A stretch of DNA of 51,092 bases, counting the filler, from Porpidia crustulata (Eukaryota), in NCBI GenBank assembly GCA_964255105.1. It is 3 parts of 3 records of this genome, joined end to end, with 100 filler letters (N's around TTAATTAATTAA, not from the genome) between each part and the next. Parts side by side here need not be neighbours in the genome. Positions count along the whole stretch, not along the records: positions 1 to 17,001 come from CAXUWE010000237.1; 2 more parts are not named here. One strand, written 5' to 3'. This document shows positions 1-10,626 of this stretch, piece after piece; position 1 is the stretch's first letter, and every line of letters begins with the position of its first letter. The position numbers were made by a program, and so were the translations under genes. Below the pieces are notes generated by a model. That model saw only the letters and a program-made list of their open reading frames with translations, did not search any database and was not told where the DNA came from.

Positions 1-40
1 GTCTGGGGTTGGATGGGTGGAGGGGAGAAAAAGGGGTTCA

Positions 41-1513
41 CCTTCGCTGATCGCGTGAGGAAAAGCCAGCGGGGTTACAGGAAACCAGCGCATGGTTTCT
101 TTGACGATCATGGCCACGTAAGGCAGCGCTGCGTAGTCGCTCCACAACGGCGACCGCTCCTCGCCGACTACCTCATCAATCTGCCGCTGTGCTTCCTCCT
201 GGACGCGCGGGAATTTAATCATCGTCTGGATGAACGCCAGGATAATGCTGCTGCTCGTATCGCTGCCGCCCTCCATGAGCACCCCGCACAGGAAGTTCAG
301 CTGGTTGCGTGTCAGCCCCTGCGCCAGTTCCGTCTGGTCCAATACCGCATCAAGGAACGAAGACCGAGAATCAGAGACGGCGCGACTGGCCAGGACGTGC
401 GAGACTAGGCGACCGTAGAGCTGGTCCATGGCTTTGCCGACGTTTTTGGAGCGCGTGACCCAGTGGCCGAAGAAGCGCTCCGGAAGGTATTTAAGGAGGG
501 GGATGATATCGACTGGGGGTGTAGCGCCGGTCTCCATTACTTTGGCCCATTCGTCCATGAGATCGTATAGCTCGAGTGAATGTGGTGTCTGGGCGGTGGG
601 GCTGCGGATGCCGAAGACTGGAAGGATATCAGTGGATCTCTCGGCCCTTTGATGCTGCCTTTTCTCATTGAGACTAATGTAGAATAGGAAAGACTCACCC
701 AGGCTCATGATGATGCTGTTGCTGAAGCGTTTCGGATGTCCCATCAGTCCCTCGGGTTCCACCAGGAAATCTCGCACCATCTGGCATGCCTCGGCGTTTT
801 GTAGCACGATATGCTCCTTTTCACTGTTGGTGGTTGACTGCGTCAGCGAACTCTGCACGGTTTTCTATATCAATCTGGACGCCCGTTCAGGAGACAGAAT
901 GGAAGGTAAAGCTTCCATACACCACTGCAAACTAATTTTTCAAGCTCCCTAAAAGAAATCCCCACCTACCATCTTCCCTCATGGAACCCCTGATGCACGA
1001 GCCGTCGAAACGACCGCCACTTCTCCCCATTGGGCATGACGAGCAAATGATCGCCACCAGTAATCAACTCCGAACTGACATACGAAAACGGCCGCGCGCT
1101 GTAGATGTTCGAGCGCTTATCAAGCAGCGCTTTCACATATTTCGGCGAACCAACAATGATCGCCGTGGCAGGCCCTATTTTAAACGAGACGAGGGGGCCA
1201 TATTGTTGGGCCCATTTGGCGAACCTTCTGGAATTAGTTGCAAGCGGCTGTGAAAGGGGGAGAGGAGAGACACGTAAAATGTGCTCCACTGCGAGGCAGA
1301 AGATGCAGGTTCCCAATCACCGGCAGCGTCGGCGGTCCTGTCGTCGAAAGTATCAGCCCTATCCTCTCCTTCTACTTTATTCAAGCCAGTCAACTAAAAC
1401 GTCAAGACCTACCGGGAGGCAAACCCCTGGCCTCTCCTGCCTGCGAAGCAAAAGACATAGATGCCCACGGCAATTCCCGCCACCAGGCATACAAGGAGCG
1501 AAAATGATGCCAT
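41..1513 (-). CDS. Cytochrome P450, CYP619 / patulin PatH-PatI-like; multi-exon, 3' end outside the window; apparent +1 frameshift in exon 1
   Basis: Manual splicing gives an N-terminal anchor (MASFSLLVCLVAGIAVGIYVFCFAGRR), GPPTLPVIGNLH, FAKWAQQYG, CEKEHIVLQNAEACQMVRDF..HPKRFSNSIIMSL, I-helix LMEGGSDTSSS and ExxR motif KETMRW. Introns are GT-AG (e.g. 1412-1338, one starting at 1273). The heme Cys motif lies beyond position 1. Subfamily call is from remembered similarity to patulin-cluster P450s. Confidence 0.85.
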
Positions 1514-2123
1514 TCTCAATCACTTCACATTGATTGCATAGAAGAAAGGTAAGTCAGAGTACTAAGGTGAGAATACGGTATGTATCCCAGCAACAGAGTT
1601 GAAGAAGCAGGAGAAGTAGTCGGGAATGTTTGTCTTCCGCTGGTGAATCTCGAAAAACGGGAGCGAAGTGGTTCTAGCTTGTGAATGTGGTCAGGTGACT
1701 GAATTCTCTTCGTTCCCCGGCTGCTACGATCGAGAGGTGCGAGCGATGGTACCAGACAGGTCAGGGGAATAGAATATCAGTTAGAGAAAGGGGTCTTCCT
1801 GTCTAAAGCTTGTGAAGGCTGGAGACGACAGTTGAACTTTGTGAAGGATATAGAAATTAGGTGAGCGAATCGCCAGCGTTGGTTATGATCAGAAAAAGCT
1901 GGAAGGGAGTGCTTGCGGTCAGGCACGAAAGACCTGCATCCAAAGACTGAATGCTGTAATCCTAGCATGAAAGTATCTCATCTGGATTAATATGAAGACG
2001 GATTTGAGCGTCCAAGACCTCTATGAAACCGGAGTAAAGCTCCTGCAACCGTATGCTTCTGGCACCTCTAGCTCCTTACCTTCATCTATAACCTCATTAC
2101 TTCCGTGACAAGACTGCAAAACC

Positions 2124-5100
2124 CTACATCCCCTTCTCCTTCACGAAATGCTCCACCAAATGTCCCACCGTCGGGCAGTTCCACAGTAGCATGGGACCCA
2201 CTTTGACCTTGATCGCCCGCTGTATCTGCACACGTAGTTCCACTGTCATGACTGAATCCAAGCCCAACTCCGCGAGGGGGACATGGGGGTCGATAGAATC
2301 TTCGCCGAGGGAGAGCGTAGATGCCACGCACTTGCTGATCTTGGTCGTGAGAAATGCTTTGAGTTCCAGCCCACTTGTGGGCTCGGGCTCGTTTGCTACA
2401 TCTCCGGCTTCGACCATCTGGATGGTCGTTGGAATCCGCCGTTTAACAATATCGGCGAGGATGGGGTGAGGTAGTGGTTCGTCAGCATCGAGTGGGAGCG
2501 CGCGGAGGACAACCGCGTGGTTGGTGCTGTGTTTCATAATGCGCTCCCAGGCCACGAAAGCATCGTCGCTGGTCACGTCAGAGATACCGCGAGCGACGAG
2601 CTCAGCGTCGATATAGCGCGTGCTGGCTGCCATGCCTAAACCTCGCCAACTAGTCCATAATATACTGGTAGTGTTGTCACCTAGACCGCGGCGATACGAG
2701 GCGAGCGAGTCAAGGAACGCATTGCCGCTGGCGTAGGAAGTTTGGCCGGGAAAACCGAGGAGTTGGCCGCAGGAAGAGAAGAGAACCATAAAGTCAAGAC
2801 TTTTGGGGGGGAAGACTTCGTGGAGGGCTAGGGCACCGATGATCTTTGGAGCGATGACGGTATTGAAGGCTTCGGTGGTGGTTTCCATAACGGTTTGATT
2901 GGCTAGCATGCCGGCGGCGTGAATGACCCCCAAAACGGGCGGCACAGATAGCTTGTCAATGGCAGAGAGGAGCTGGGTCGATGCAGTAGGCACAGCCATG
3001 TCGACGGAGGTTATATAGACTGAAACGCCCATGGCTTCCAGTGAGAGTATGCGTTGTATCGCTGGATCTTCCTTGCTACTTGCCCACTGGGATCGAGGTA
3101 TAACGATACGTCTTGATACAAGGACCAGCCTCTTCGCCCCTTTCTCGGCTAGATAACTAGCTACCTCTAATCCTAGAGCTCCAAGTCCGCCGGTGATGAC
3201 ATAGGTGCCCTGGGGCCGGAGTTGAAAGGGCTGCTGTACATCATTCTTGTCAAGTGCCACAGGGGCAAAGGGCCGTAGACGTGCGTTGCGAGGTACGCCA
3301 TCGTTGATCCTGACGACGTCCACACCTTGCACATACTTGATGGCCTGTATAGGGAACACGTCGTCTTCCACATCGATAAGTCCACCAAAGATTTGGGGTT
3401 CTTCTGATTGAAGGATTCTGGCCAAACCTAGCAGAGGCGATTGAGAGAGAGCTTGTGAAGAATCTCCAATTTCGGCATTATGAGTTATGCAGAAGAGCTT
3501 CGCCCTCGGCGACAACCGATTGAGATTCTTCACCGTAATTAGGATGGCTTCGCAAGATCTTGCCGATACTGCGTAAATCTCTGATACCTTTTCCGCACCT
3601 TTAGCAATGTATACTACTATTGAGCCTTCTTCCAAAGCTGTTATGTCTTCTGGCTTTGCAATCGTATGGTGCGTTATGCCGGCCGATGAGAGCTTGGCCT
3701 GATAGGTTTGCAGTAGTGGCGACTCATTCGAGATAAAAAGTACATCACGGAATTGTAAGGGCACCTCTGAGAACTGCGCCGGTGGCCAAGCAATGCTATG
3801 CACGAGGTCCCTCTCACTTTCCCGCGCACGAGGGTTCCCTTCTATGCCAGCAAACTTCATACTCTTGATAGTGATTAGAATTTTGCCTAAGTTATTCAGT
3901 AGGAGAATATCTGCTGCGTACTCGCCATGAATCTTCTTGATATATATGTAGAAAACATCAGGCGTAAGTACATCTGGTAATGGGGTTACACTCGCAACAG
4001 CAGTGGGCATTCGAAGTAAAGGCTCCTTATGAAAAATCGTTGAACCTACCGAGGTCGCAGCGTCTAGGATGGAGGCCCAAGAGTTACCATTCCAATGCTT
4101 GGAAGGGCTTGCTGTAGGATCGGCGTGTACCTCGGCGAGCATTTCGCTGTCATTCTCGATATGTTCAAGTACTTTCCAGGGAAACGCCATTTCTGAAACA
4201 CCAGCTTTCGCAAGATAATCGACCGAGAAGGCGCCACTTAGCTGTACTGGGAGTCGCTGCTTCAGTGCAGAGATGTCAAATGTCTCACTCGGCAACGGAT
4301 TCTGCACCAATGTTATCTGGGTCTTGGTGTTCACAAGCCATGATAGGCGGTCGTTGTCATTTGCTTCCGCTTCCGCCAGCCTAGAGGAAATTTTCATATG
4401 ATTGTTCTCAAATAGTACTTGAACTTCCCGAGGAGGATTAATAATAACGGGTACGCGAAGTATTAAATTTCGTAGGGCACATCCTCGAGCAGCCGAGAGG
4501 AAGGTATTGATCAGTACTGCCGCCGGAACAATCTCAACGCCATGAATGGGGTGGTTGCCTGGAAATGGTTTCACTTGGAGATCCAGATAGGTTTCCCACA
4601 ACGAAGTATTACATCCGTCTATATTTGTTCGACGGCCCAAGAGCACATGGGCATTGACATCGTGTGCTCTATCTCTGCCAGTTCCCGGCTTTGTAACCTT
4701 ACGCCAGTAGGGCTGGTGCTCCCATGCCGTACCGGGAACATCATGTACCCATTCACCCCTGATGATTCTCCTGAAGCAAATAGATTCTCCGATACAATGT
4801 AGCTTGCTAAGTGCAAGGAGTATACTCTTTCGGGTAGATTTATGGCGTAGTAGCGTTGGCAACACTATAGTATCAGGTATCTCGGCGTCAATGAGTGTTT
4901 CTTGGATCGAATAGGAAACAATGGGGTGACTTGAAACTTCTAGAAAATGCGTGTATCCGTCGTGGCCAGCCGCCGTAATAGCAGCGGTCAAAAGAACGGG
5001 TCTGGTCATATTATTCACCCAATATTCTACATCTCTAAGCTTCGTAGTTCTTGGATCCGACAGTGAGGTTGAATAGAGCGCAATCCTGGGTGTCTTGGGC

Positions 5101-7459
5101 GATATAGTACCACCTAGAGCTTTCCGAAGTGGTTCCGCCATGGGCAGCATGGCTGGACCGTGGAAGGCGACGTCAGATCTGACCTTGTAAATACTATAAC
5201 CAGCTTCTTTCCATTTCGCCGAGAAAACATTCACGGCCTCTATTGTCCCAGAAACGACACAGGTGGTGGGAGACGAGTCAATGGCAGCAACAATATCATT
5301 TCTGCACTCCAGCTGGTATGCTGCCTCTTTGAAGGACATATTGACTAGAACCATCGCACCAAAGCCCGCCACCTTAAGACAAAGACGAGCTTTGATGCAG
5401 CATATCAAAGCACCTTCTGCAACGGTGAGCGCTCCTGCCACAACTGATGCTGCTAGCTCTCCCAAAGAGTGGCCAATACGGCTCGAGGTTTCGCTCCCTT
5501 GTACATGAGTACTGCTGCAATACCAACTTGCATAACGTACGTAAGGATCTGAATCCTATCCACTGTTTCAAAGTCTGAGGTCTGCAAAGCCACAATGATG
5601 GAGAACCCCATCTGTTGCTGAATCAATGGCTCAAGCTGTCTTATCGTTTCTAGGAATGCAGGCTCGTCCTCGAGAATATTTTTACCCATGTCCGTCCAAT
5701 GAGCCCCATGGCCAGAAAATACCCACACAGGGCCTTTGCTATCGCTCTTTGCAAGTGCTCGACCGCTGTATATCTGATCGTTTTTTTGGCCTTGCGCGAA
5801 TGAGTAAAGGAGTCCAATTGCCTCTTGCCTGGTTTCGGCAACAATGGCAGCGCGAAATTTGTGGTGCCCGCGCTTTACTGCCAATGTGTACGCAATGGAT
5901 TCAGGACCGTGTGCTTTGTCGACCGGTTCTTTATAACCTTCCAGCCAGTGAGCTAAGGTGGTCGCAGCTGACCCAAGCCGTGAGGTTTGAGGCGCTGAGA
6001 GAAACAAGACCACAGGGTTGCCGGTACCAGGTATCATGATCTGCTTTTCGGGTAACGAGGAGGCATAAGCACCCGGAACCGCTTCTATGATAGCATGCGA
6101 GACAGTACCTCCATAACCATACGACGCAATGGCTGCTCTTCGCCGTAGTCCATTCGTTGGCCAAGCCGTGGGCTCTGTCACAACTTTGAGCAAAGACCTC
6201 TTCCAGTCGACCTTGCTGTTCAGTTCAGTCAGATTAGCTTGAGGCGGAATGATTCCATGTTGAATGGCCACGATGGCTTTGATAAAGCCCATTACGCCCG
6301 CACCAGCTTCCAAATGGCCGATATTACTTTTCAAGCTGCCGATAAAGCAAGGCTCAGATTCTGGTCGATTCACGCCTAAACCGTAAACATTAGCCATCGC
6401 AGCGCATTCTGTAGGGTCGCCGATAGAAGTGGATGTGGCATGTGCCTCCACGTAGAAAATGGTGTCCGCTGAAAGCCCGGCTTCCTTCAATGCCTGTCTT
6501 GCGACCTTTTCTTGTGCTTCTTGATTTGGTGCCATGATTCCGTTGGTGCGGCCATCGGCTGCAACCGCTGAGCCTTTCAGTACGGCCAGAATGTTATCCT
6601 TGTATTTGAGAGCATCTGAGAGCCTCTTTAGAATTACCACCCCGGCTTCTTCGCCACGCCCATATCCTGCTGCGGTTTGATCGAATGATCGGCAGCGTCC
6701 ATCGGCGGACAAGGCGCCAGCCATGTTCAGTACTTTGGTAAGTCCCGGACCTATGAGGGCGTTCACTCCCCCAGCTATCACAAGGGAGGTTTCTTTTGCT
6801 AGCAGGACTTGCCGTCCAAGATGAATTGAGACTAGAGAAGAGGCACAAGCGGCATCAATAGCCATACTGGGCCCCATTAGATCCAAAAGATAGGATATGC
6901 GGTTTGGTACTCCGCAAAAAGCAGTCCCAATTCTCATCCACGCCTCAACATTGGGCAGATCCTCGAGCAGCAGCCGGGAATAGTCGTCGGAATTGACACC
7001 CATATATACGGCGGTATTGGATCCTGCCAGAGACTGAGGAGGAATTCCGGCATGTTCGAGTGCTTCCCAAACTACTTCAACCGCGATACGCTGTTGGGGA
7101 TCCATTTGCTCGGCCTCTCTAGAAGAAATCCCAAAGAACGAAGCATCGAAGTCTTCAAGTCTCTCTAAAAAGTACCCTTTCGATGTGATCTTCGCGAGGA
7201 TTTCCGCGTTCCCCGGCTGGCGCTTGCGGTAGGGCTCCCATCTCATGCCAGGGATTTCACCAGAAGCATCTCCCTTCTTCAAAAGGAATTCCCAGAGTTG
7301 TGATGGAGAATTATTGCCTCCTGGAACACGGCAGCCATAACCTATAATGGCAATATCATCAACGTTTGAGGAAGACTCAAGAGAAACAGATGAAGGGGGG
7401 CTACAGTTCGGCTCTTCTTCATCGACAGAGCGATCAATTTCTGAAGAAGGGCTAGACAT
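2124..7459 (-). pseudogene. 6-methylsalicylic acid synthase-type partially reducing iterative type I PKS (KS-AT-TH-KR-ACP), split by a 1-nt frameshift at ~5478 (pseudogene or sequence error)
   Basis: ORF 5453-7459 has KS motifs DAACASS, EAHATST, NIGHLEAGAG and the AT start WVFSGHG. ORF 2124-5465 has the rest of AT (GHSLG in frame at 5474-5460), TH/DH HPIHGVEIVP, KR GGLGALG and YASGN, and ACP LGLDSVM; there is no ER or TE. Restoring one base gives ~1,778 aa, the usual 6-MSAS size. Family call is secure; pseudogene status is not. Confidence 0.8.
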
Positions 7460-7535
7460 GGCGGGAGGCCAGTTCGGTTCTTCTCGGTCGACAGACCGAT
7501 TGAATAATGATGAGGGGCAAGATATGACCGAAAGG
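7404..7535. repeat. Imperfect 66-bp tandem duplication spanning the PKS start codon
   Basis: CAGTTCGGCTCTTCTTCATCGACAGAGCGAT at 7404 recurs as CAGTTCGGTTCTTCTCGGTCGACAGACCGAT at 7470. In the PKS frame the units read ISCPSSLFNRSVDREEPNWPPA and MSSPSSEIDRSVDEEEPNCSPP. Confidence 0.8.
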
Positions 7536-10500
7536 CATGTAGTTCCTCTGCTCTGATGGGTATCTATACATCAGACCAAAGAGATCTTTTGTTGAAAACT
7601 GGTGACAAGTGGTCCGAGAGAAATAGAATAAACAATCTTGACGGAATATAGTGTAAGGTAAGATAAGGAACCCACCGTTGTAGTCTTGGCTGTCAAGAGC
7701 CTTCACATGATGTCTCCTCGTGCTGAAGTGAATGTTACCGCCACGTTCACTGCCTATCTGGTTTGCTTTGGGTTTAGTGTACATTCACATGAAGAGATAC
7801 ACAAGATAGGGCTCAGTCCGAGCGGCATTGTATGAGCCCTACCTAACGTTCACGGCAGTGGTGGCACAGAAGTACATGATAAGTCTGGATCGAAGGATGC
7901 GGTGGGAGCCATCCACGGTTGCACCGCCTGAGATTCATGTCGGCCAAATGCCATGCTGCCACACACACTCATCGAATCGCTTCGAGGTATAGAGGTGTCA
8001 AACATAATTTTCGCAGGGTGTGAATTGAATACTCCCTGCGTTCCTGTGTTTGACGTTACTCTCTGCCATGGAAAGATTGGGTGGCGGCAGATGCCGATCT
8101 CGCATCCCTCCAATCTGGCACGCCAAAGCGGTTCCTGACACTTTGACTGCCATGTCTGGTATCCTGTGATCCGTCTCGTACACTCTGATGACGATAAAGC
8201 CTCATACCGGTCGATCCTATGCGACGCCAATGTCATGCTTCTATTTGAAACTCACATGGAAAGCGGTCTTCGGCTTTGTGTATTGCCCTGGCCCGTCCAA
8301 CCAGATCGTTTCCATGTAACTGATCACTGTCGACACATTCATCTTCCGCGTAGCAGCGGTAAATATCAAGAGTGGATTGTGTAACATAACTATATGTGAG
8401 ATGTGGCTGGAGAGTTGCACTATGCCTGGACTGTATTTCTCGTTGGCGTTATTTTTCATCCCATAAGCTGATTAAACCTATGTATTCTTTATAGCTTGAA
8501 TAATGCAGCTACTTATCGGCATCAGCTCTAATGCTCAAACTCTCTCTTGGAGTCTTACTGCGGTATATTTGATAAATCTCGACGAGATGTCGTCTTTGTT
8601 ATACTGATAGGCAGCGTGACTGATAAAAATAAAGTGGAAATCCTATACTCGGAGCACTCGCGGCTGACTCTCGCTTCTGTTGCATACACTTTTCACCTGT
8701 GCGATTTAAAGAATGCTTGGGTATCATGCAGTGCTTTCCTGCTCTCGGGCAGCCGTTTCCAAGGCCTTCCTTGTCTTTCCGTATCCGTGCAGGTTGTGAG
8801 GTGTTCCAAGGCATATGCGATGGTCCAGTCAAGTGATTTTCTATTTGCTAAGATGAGAAGAATTTGAAAATCGTCACAATCTTAAACTTCTAATTCTAAG
8901 CATGTTTTTTTCGGCTATGCTCATCTCGCAGGAATCCTTGAGCTTTGATGGAAGGTTTTGTCGCAAAGTGCAATAACCTTGGAAATAATTATTCTTAGAG
9001 ATTTCGTTGATCATGGAAAATTTCTGTGACAGACTCAAATCAGACATAGTAGCCCTGCTGGCAGCTTTACGAATGGCCGTTTCATTACCTAATTGCCTTC
9101 GCTGTTCCTTTCCTGGGCGTGTCCTGCGCATTCCAGACAGTAGACTGCGTTTGAAAATTGATTCTGATCCATTCTATCACACGTCCCTTGAAAATCTACA
9201 GTCCATTTCGAAAACAGTGGTGCATACCTGAGCAATTCTCCAGTCCAGCGTCCGATAAGACCAGTAGGCCATAAGCTCATGTGTGAGCATGGAAGCATCC
9301 AGCACAGCAAGGAGGCGATGGTAGAAGTCGTCAGCATGAAAAATCTAATGGGGCCTCGTTTAGCAGTGTCATTCTGTTCATGTTCGTTGCAATGTACGCA
9401 CCAGGATGACTCAACGCAATCAGGCTTCTCTAACGACTGAAAAGCATCCTCTCGGTAAGCATTCCAAATCTCGACGAATGCCCAATCAAGCAGCAACGCG
9501 TCTTGCTAACGGCCGCCGCTAGCACCCTTAATAATTTATGTTTCGTTGTCTCTGGTCAAGGCGTGCCGTAAATAATATAGTATGTGTATGGTGTTCTTGC
9601 CATCTTACCATACTCCCTTGTTGTAAGCTTGAGAATGCCATTCAAGTCGATGGCCAGATGTTCCTTCAAAACACAGAAGAGATCCCCCTTTTGAGGATGG
9701 AACTGGTTAGGAGGCTCTTCCTGCCATCGTTAAGCCCTGCAAAGATTCATAAATAGGATCTTAATTGATCCCTAGAACGAAGATTCGCGGTGCGCTGAAT
9801 CTGGAAGAGTCCCTGCTGAAATAGCGCCATAGAATTCAATGTGCTATGGGTAGCTGCGGGGATAATAAACAATGGTAACCCTATTCCTAAGGAAGACAGC
9901 GGATCTCCTCCCCGCGGTGACGCTACATCATTCGCAAGGCGAGATTGCATTGCAGCTAATTCCGGAACAATCACGGTGCTGAAGTAGGTACAACCTTGAA
10001 AGGCCAGAATCCTACCGACTGGCAATAATTATAGCATATGTAACACCGTAGCTCAACCCTCACAAACCTAACAAAAGTGAAAGTCCACGACATTTGGAAA
10101 TCTTTCAGCCGTTGCATTGGCCGACAGAGGTCCGAATATGTTCCGATCCGGCTGGAAAGAGTAGAATATGCTCCCCATCAGCACCGTCCGTTGGCTCCGT
10201 TTTGGTATATTCTTGATCGATCGCGTTGAATCGCGTCATAAGATGAGTCTGCGATGGTGCGAGGAAACGAAATTCCTAAAATGGAACAGGGTTAGGGCTA
10301 GTTCAACTATCAGCTAACTCAGAAGGGCTAGCTTAATCGCTGAGGTTCCAAAGATGTCATGCTGAACGGTGTCAAGCTCATCTGCGCAAAATCGGGGAGA
10401 TCCCTTATCATCGTGATCTAAATATAGTCTCAAAACGCTTGACTGCCTTATATATTTATCCTATGCTTGCAAAGACGAGAAATTATCCAATATACCCAAT

Positions 10501-10626
10501 GTCCCATTACAAGGAAAAATCCCTCCGTAACAGCCCAACCCCGTTGCCACTTCCAGGATTCGAATAGCCGCAAGATTCGTAATAATCGTCGAATCAGCCA
10601 AGATAACCCCCTCCTGTCCGCACACC

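Noticed and set aside
13..952. Plus-strand ORFs over the P450, and similar antisense ORFs over CLF1, teaA and KOG1
   Set aside because: Shadow ORFs of GC-rich coding sequence on the opposite strand, with no motifs of their own.
2124..5465. Two-gene (split) PKS system
   Set aside because: The break is inside the AT active-site region. The downstream ORF begins at TTG just after the catalytic Ser, so it could not supply a working AT.
5453..5545. Programmed -1 frameshift or cryptic intron rescuing the PKS
   Set aside because: No X XXY YYZ slippery heptamer nearby. An intron from the GTACGT at ~5540 would delete the conserved AT segment YVMQVGIAAVL.
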